Source: an uncultured bacterium
Lineage (GTDB): Bacteria; Lernaellota; Lernaellaia; Lernaellales; Lernaellaceae
Assembly (NCBI GenBank): GCA_964534375.1
Contig: CAZHPN010000194.1
Location: 1 to 10,730, forward strand
Length of the DNA: 10,730 bases
Reading direction: 5' to 3'
A program made the translations under genes and the position numbers. The notes below the pieces were generated by a model. It worked only from the letters and a program-made list of their open reading frames with translations. It ran no database searches and was not told the origin of the DNA. How positions within the stretch are numbered: position 1 is the stretch's first letter; every line of letters starts with the position of its first letter. Of this stretch, positions 5,931 through 10,730 are shown in pieces.

Positions 5931-7865
5931 ATGGGGAAGATTATTGGCATTGACCTGGGCACGACCAATTCTGTCGTGGCGGTGATGGAAGGCGGCGAGG
6001 CCAAGGTGATCGTCAACTCGGAAGGCGGACGGACGACTCCGTCGGTCGTCGGCTTTGCGAAAGACGGCGAGAAGCTCGTCGGCGCCGTGGCCAAACGGCA
6101 AGCGATCTCCAACCCCGAGAACACCGTTTATTCGATCAAACGGTTCATGGGCCGGCGGGTCGGTGAAGTGAAGGAAGAAATGCGCCTGGTGCCCTACAAG
6201 GTCGTTGCGGGGCCGAACCAGGACGCGCGGATCGAGGTCAACGGCAAGCAGTTCAGCCCGCCCGAGATCAGCGCCCTGATTTTGCAGAAACTCAAGAGCG
6301 CCGCGGAGGATTACCTGGGCCAGAAAGTCACCGACGCCGTGATCACGGTGCCGGCGTACTTCAACGACAGCCAGCGCCAGGCCACCAAAGACGCGGGCGC
6401 GATCGCCGGCCTGAACGTCCGGCGGATCATCAACGAGCCGACCGCGGCGGCGCTCGCCTACGGCCTCGACAAAAAGCAAAACCAAACGATCGCCGTTTAC
6501 GATTTTGGCGGCGGCACCTTCGATATTTCGATTTTGGAAGTCGGCGACGGCGTGGTCGAGGTTAAATCGACCAACGGCGACACGCATTTAGGCGGCGACA
6601 ATATCGACCAGCGCATCATCGAGTGGATGGTCGCCGAATTCAAAAAAGACCAGGGCATCGATCTTTCGAAAGACAAAATGGCGATTCAGCGCCTGAAAGA
6701 AGCGGCCGAGAAGGCGAAGATGGAGCTTTCCAACGCCAGCACGTCGAATATCAACCTGCCGTTCGTCACGGCCGACGCCGGCGGCCCGAAGCACCTGGAT
6801 TTCACGCTGACGCGGGCCAAATTCGAACAACTCGTCGGCGATCTGCTCGAGGGCAGCCTCGGCCCGTGCAAGCAGGCGATGGCCGACGCGAAAATGAAGC
6901 CGGCCGACATCCACGAGGTGGTGCTGGTCGGCGGCAGCACGCGCATCCCCCGCGTGCAGGAACTGGTCAAGCAGTTCTTCGGCCGCGAGCCGCACCGCGG
7001 CGTCAACCCGGATGAAGTGGTCGCGGTCGGCGCGGCGATCCAGGGCGGCGTGCTCGGCGGCGAGGTCAAAGACGTATTGCTGCTCGACGTGACGCCGTTG
7101 TCGCTGGGCATCGAAACGCTCGGCGGCGTGATGACGCGCCTGATCGAACGCAACACCACAATTCCGACGCAAAAGAAAGAAATCTTCTCGACGGCGGCCG
7201 ACAGCCAGACCAGCGTCGAGATCCACGTGCTGCAGGGCGAACGCGAGATGGCCAGCTACAACCGCACGCTGGGCAAGTTCCACCTGACCGGCCTCCCGCC
7301 GGCGCCGCGCGGCGTGCCGCAGATCGAGGTCGCGTTCGACATCGACGCCAACGGCATTTTGTCGGTGTCCGCGAAGGATTTGGCGACCAGCAAGCAGCAG
7401 TCGATCACCATCACCAGTTCGTCGGGCCTGGCCAAAGACGAAGTCGAGCAAATGGTGAAGGACGCCGAATCGCACGCCGAGGAAGACCGCAAGCGCCGCG
7501 AGGAAATCGACCTGCGCAACCAGGCCGACAGCATGGCCTACCAGACCGAGAAGCTGCTCAACGACAACCGCGCGGCGGTCGGCGAGAGCGACGCGCGCGA
7601 CATCGAAGCGGCGATCGCCGCCGTGCGCAAAGCGCTCGAAGGCACGGACGTCGCCGCAATCAAGGCCAAGATGGAGGAACTGACCAAGACCTCGCATCGC
7701 ATGGCCGAGGCGATGTACAAACGCGCCAGCACCGCGGCGGGCGGGGCGGGCGGCGCCGGCGGCCCCGGCGGCGGGCAGGCGTCCGGCGGCGGCAAGCAGG
7801 GTCCGGGCAACGGCCCCGGCGGCGATGACGTGATCGACGCGGAAATCGTGGACGATCACAAATAA
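5931..7865 (+). CDS. dnaK: Chaperone DnaK (Hsp70), 644 aa
   Basis: [38 protein letters not shown] and NPDEVVA motifs; Gly-rich tail ending [19 protein letters not shown] at 5915-5920. Confidence 0.99.
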   Translation: MGKIIGIDLGTTNSVVAVMEGGEAKVIVNSEGGRTTPSVVGFAKDGEKLVGAVAKRQAISNPENTVYSIKRFMGRRVGEVKEEMRLVPYKVVAGPNQDARIEVNGKQFSPPEISALILQKLKSAAEDYLGQKVTDAVITVPAYFNDSQRQATKDAGAIAGLNVRRIINEPTAAALAYGLDKKQNQTIAVYDFGGGTFDISILEVGDGVVEVKSTNGDTHLGGDNIDQRIIEWMVAEFKKDQGIDLSKDKMAIQRLKEAAEKAKMELSNASTSNINLPFVTADAGGPKHLDFTLTRAKFEQLVGDLLEGSLGPCKQAMADAKMKPADIHEVVLVGGSTRIPRVQELVKQFFGREPHRGVNPDEVVAVGAAIQGGVLGGEVKDVLLLDVTPLSLGIETLGGVMTRLIERNTTIPTQKKEIFSTAADSQTSVEIHVLQGEREMASYNRTLGKFHLTGLPPAPRGVPQIEVAFDIDANGILSVSAKDLATSKQQSITITSSSGLAKDEVEQMVKDAESHAEEDRKRREEIDLRNQADSMAYQTEKLLNDNRAAVGESDARDIEAAIAAVRKALEGTDVAAIKAKMEELTKTSHRMAEAMYKRASTAAGGAGGAGGPGGGQASGGGKQGPGNGPGGDDVIDAEIVDDHK

Positions 7866-7883
7866 GCAGTCAAGAGACGGAAA

Positions 7884-7983
7884 TCAGAAGTCAGAAGAAG
7901 GAGTCAGAAGCCGGGAGCCGAAAGTCAGAACTCGGGACGCGCGCGGTGTTCGGATTTTGACTTCTGTCTTCTGACTTCTGACT
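7884..7983. repeat. Inverted heptamer arrays (TCAGAAG)n / (TTCTGAC)n forming a long stem-loop between dnaK and dnaJ
   Basis: TCAGAAG-type units at 7884-7938 face complementary units at 7948-7982. TCAGAAGTCAGAAGA (7884-7898) pairs perfectly with TCTTCTGACTTCTGA (7967-7981), followed by CTATCTTTTT. Confidence 0.85.
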
Positions 7984-8002
7984 ATCTTTTTAGAGGCCGC
8001 CC

Positions 8003-8980
8003 TTGGCGCAAAAGAGAGACTATTACGAAGTGCTCGGCGTGGGGCGCAGCGCCTCGACGGATGAGATTCGCAAAGCGTACAAGCGTCTGGCCAAGAAATA
8101 CCATCCCGACTACAACCCGGGCGACAAGAAAGCCGAGGCCAATTTCAAAGAAGTTTCGGAGGCGTACGCCGTTCTCGCGAACGACGAATCGCGCAAGAAA
8201 TACGACACGTTCGGCCATCAGGGCCCGGGCGCCGGGCCGGGCTTCGATTTTTCGGGCTTCGATTTTCGCAACATGCGGGGCAATTATTCGTCGGGCGGCG
8301 AGACGTTTTCCGGCTCGTTCGGCGACATCCTCTCGGAGTTGTTCGGCGGGCGGGGCGGGCGCGCCCGGGGCGGCGGCGGGCGCGGCCAGCCGTTCGGCGG
8401 CTTTGGCGGCTTCGGCGGCTTCGAGGATCCTGCCGCGCTGGGCGGGCGCGACCTGCAATACCGCATGGCGATCGATTTTATGCTCGCGGCCAAGGGCGGC
8501 GTGACGAAACTTCAGGTGCCGCGCGAAGGGCGGGAGGACACCGTCAGTGTGCGGATCCCCGCCGGCGTCGACAACGGGCAAACCATTCGCATCAAAGGCA
8601 AGGGCGAGGTGGGGCCGCGCGGCCCCGCCGGCGATTTGCTGATCGAAGTGACGATCGAACCGCACAAGTTTTTCAAACGCGAAGGCCTCGACCTCTTTTG
8701 CACGTTGCCGATCACCATCGCCGAGGCGGTGCTGGGCGCGAAGGTGCAGGCGCCGACGCTCGACGGCGGCGTGACGATTACGATTCCGCCGGGCACGCAG
8801 GGCGGCCAGACGTTGCGCGTACGGGGCCGCGGCATCCGCAAGAAGGCCGGCGCCGAAGGCGATTTGTACGTCGCCGTCACTATTGTCGTGCCCAAGCGCA
8901 TCGACGAGAAGAGCAAATCGCTGATTCAAGAATTCGACCGGGAAAATCCGCTGCAGCCGCGCGCCGGCTTGGTCGAATGA
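8003..8980 (+). CDS. dnaJ: Class II (CbpA-like) DnaJ co-chaperone without zinc finger, 325 aa
   Basis: J domain (RDYYEVLGV..YHPD..YD), G/F-rich region and C-terminal domains (IPAGVDNG, GDL, PTLDG). No CxxCxGxG repeats. TTG start with GAGG upstream. Confidence 0.93.
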   Translation: MAQKRDYYEVLGVGRSASTDEIRKAYKRLAKKYHPDYNPGDKKAEANFKEVSEAYAVLANDESRKKYDTFGHQGPGAGPGFDFSGFDFRNMRGNYSSGGETFSGSFGDILSELFGGRGGRARGGGGRGQPFGGFGGFGGFEDPAALGGRDLQYRMAIDFMLAAKGGVTKLQVPREGREDTVSVRIPAGVDNGQTIRIKGKGEVGPRGPAGDLLIEVTIEPHKFFKREGLDLFCTLPITIAEAVLGAKVQAPTLDGGVTITIPPGTQGGQTLRVRGRGIRKKAGAEGDLYVAVTIVVPKRIDEKSKSLIQEFDRENPLQPRAGLVE

Positions 8981-8993
8981 GAAAGGTACGGAG

Positions 8994-9617
8994 ATGACCG
9001 GAAAGAAGATCGAAGTGCAAGGACCGAAGGCGAAGGACGCCGCGGAAATCGAGAACGAAGCCGCGCCGGACGAGGCCGTCCCGGCGCCTGGCGGCAACGG
9101 CGAGCCGGTCGCGGAAACGGCGGTGCAAGAACCGGCGCCCAAGGTTCCGGACGTCAAGGAAGTCACCGACCACCTGCTGCGGCTCGCCGCGGAATTCGAT
9201 AATTACAAGAAACGCACAGCGCGCGAAATGCAGGCGCAACAGGACTCCGGCATGGCCCGCGTGATGTCGGCGCTGCTGCCGGGGCTCGATTCGCTGGCGT
9301 TGTCGCTGGCCATCGACGCGACCGGGCAGGATGCGCAGGCGTGGCGCGCCGGCCTGGAAAAGGTGGGCCGGCAGTGGTGGGAAGCGCTGGAAAAACTGGG
9401 GCTCGCGCTCGTCGAACCCGGCAAGGGCGACCTCCTCGATCCGCGGGTTCATCAAGTGCTGATGACGCAGCCGACGACGGAATACCCGACCGATCGCATC
9501 TTGCAGGTGCTGCAAGTGGGATACAAATTGAAGGACCGGCTCCTGCGGCCGGCCACGGTCGTCGTCGCGGCGGCCCCGCCCGCGCCGGCCGTCGCGGAAA
9601 ACAAGGAGAACGAATAA
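8994..9617 (+). CDS. grpE: Nucleotide exchange factor GrpE, 207 aa
   Basis: LLRLAAEFDNYKKR, DPRVHQ and VLQVGYKLKDRLLRPATVVV motifs. Confidence 0.95.
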   Translation: MTGKKIEVQGPKAKDAAEIENEAAPDEAVPAPGGNGEPVAETAVQEPAPKVPDVKEVTDHLLRLAAEFDNYKKRTAREMQAQQDSGMARVMSALLPGLDSLALSLAIDATGQDAQAWRAGLEKVGRQWWEALEKLGLALVEPGKGDLLDPRVHQVLMTQPTTEYPTDRILQVLQVGYKLKDRLLRPATVVVAAAPPAPAVAENKENE

Positions 9618-10084
9618 TGGCGGACGAGGAAACCAAAGACGGTTTGAAGGTGTCGGATAAACGGCGTTTCAAAGTCGATGATTCCGGCAAGGTCGTCACG
9701 CGCAACGAAGGGGCGGCCGAGATTCCGACCGCGCCGGCCGAACCCGCGCCGCCGCCGGCCGAGACCGCGCCGGACAAATCGACGTTCCAGGAGGAATGCG
9801 AGCCGTGCCGCGACGAATGGTCCGAACTGCCGCCGATCGATTTCTTGTCGTTCATCTTCTCGCTGTCGACCTCGACGATGATCTGCCTCGGCATGCTGCC
9901 CGACCCCGAGACCCAGAAAGAGTTCCGCGACCTGGCGATGGCCAAGCAGAACATCGACATCCTCGCCATGCTGCAAGAGAAAACGAAGGGCAACGTGAAC
10001 CGGGAAGAGGAAGAGTTCCTCACCGCCTCGCTCTACGACTTGCGCCTGCGCTTCGTCCAGGCGTGCCGGAAGGCGCCCGCCTGA
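9617..10084 (+). CDS. DUF1844 family protein, 155 aa
   Basis: ATG overlaps the grpE stop (TAATG); AAGGAG RBS at 9603-9608. C-terminal [45 protein letters not shown] pattern. Confidence 0.85.
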   Translation: MADEETKDGLKVSDKRRFKVDDSGKVVTRNEGAAEIPTAPAEPAPPPAETAPDKSTFQEECEPCRDEWSELPPIDFLSFIFSLSTSTMICLGMLPDPETQKEFRDLAMAKQNIDILAMLQEKTKGNVNREEEEFLTASLYDLRLRFVQACRKAPA

Positions 10085-10103
10085 CGGACGGAAGGATTGC
10101 TTG

Positions 10104-10730
10104 ATGACACGACGGGTTGCCGCTGCGATCGTGGTCTTATTCGCGTTGCTGTTCGCCGTCGCCGCCGCCGCGGCGGAGCCGGCGGTCGAGCGCCCGGGTT
10201 CGTTCGCCAAACTGGTGAAGCAGGCGGCCCCGGCCGTGGTCAATATCTTCGTGGCCAAGCAGGTCCGCACGGGCGGGTCCGAGTTCTTTTTCCCGTTCGG
10301 CAACGAAATGCGGCCGCAACGCGGTCAAGGGTCGGGGTTCATCATCGACCCGCACGGCTTCATCGTGACGAACAACCACGTGGTCGAAGGCAGCGACGAA
10401 ATCCGCGTGCGCTTGCTCGACAAACGGGAATTTGCCGCGAAGATCGTCGGCACGGATCCAAAAACCGATTTGGCGCTGGTGAAGATCGAGGCGACCGACC
10501 TGCCGTATCTGAAATTCGGCAACAGCGACGCGCTGCAGGTCGGCGATTGGGTGCTGGCGATCGGCAATCCGCTGGGGCTGTCGCACACCGTCACGGCGGG
10601 CATCGTCTCGGCGAAGGCGCGCAATTTGAATCTGGGCCCGTATGACGACTTCATCCAAACCGACGCCGCGATCAACGCCGGCAACTCCGGCGGCCCGCTC
10701 GTCGACACGAACGGCGACGTGGTCGGCATC
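10104..10730 (+). CDS. htrA: HtrA/DegP/DegQ serine protease, partial (continues past the window; not in the ORF track)
   Basis: Hand translation gives signal peptide [24 protein letters not shown], then PAVVNI, GSGFII, TNNHVV (His), DLALVKI (Asp) and [14 protein letters not shown] (Ser). Start is ATG 10104 or TTG 10101. Confidence 0.93.
   Translation, partial: MTRRVAAAIVVLFALLFAVAAAAAEPAVERPGSFAKLVKQAAPAVVNIFVAKQVRTGGSEFFFPFGNEMRPQRGQGSGFIIDPHGFIVTNNHVVEGSDEIRVRLLDKREFAAKIVGTDPKTDLALVKIEATDLPYLKFGNSDALQVGDWVLAIGNPLGLSHTVTAGIVSAKARNLNLGPYDDFIQTDAAINAGNSGGPLVDTNGDVVGI

Overview
GC-rich bacterial window, probably from a deltaproteobacterium-like diderm (inferred from the FYDLN-acid protein, DUF1844, diderm-type DnaK and Asp-rich lipoprotein). 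The right half is a chaperone/protease cluster in an unusual order: dnaK - class II dnaJ (no Zn finger) - grpE - DUF1844 - htrA/degP (runs off the window). Its sigma70-like promoter is overlapped by an inverted repeat that is neither CIRCE nor HAIR. The left half has a FYDLN-acid gene and a minus-strand lipoprotein fusing amidohydrolase-like, PstS-like and CapA-like domains; both hydrolase domains appear to have lost their metal ligands. It also has a lipoprotein with Asp-rich repeats and a 7-blade beta-propeller. The most unexplained structure is non-coding. A ~345-bp direct repeat (ungapped 267-bp core, ~76% identical by hand count) brackets the propeller gene. Its second copy is interrupted by a 381-bp, largely palindromic MITE-like element with 17-bp TIRs and a GGCC target duplication. 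That element carries a hairpin module whose stem sequence changes between copies while its pairing is kept.
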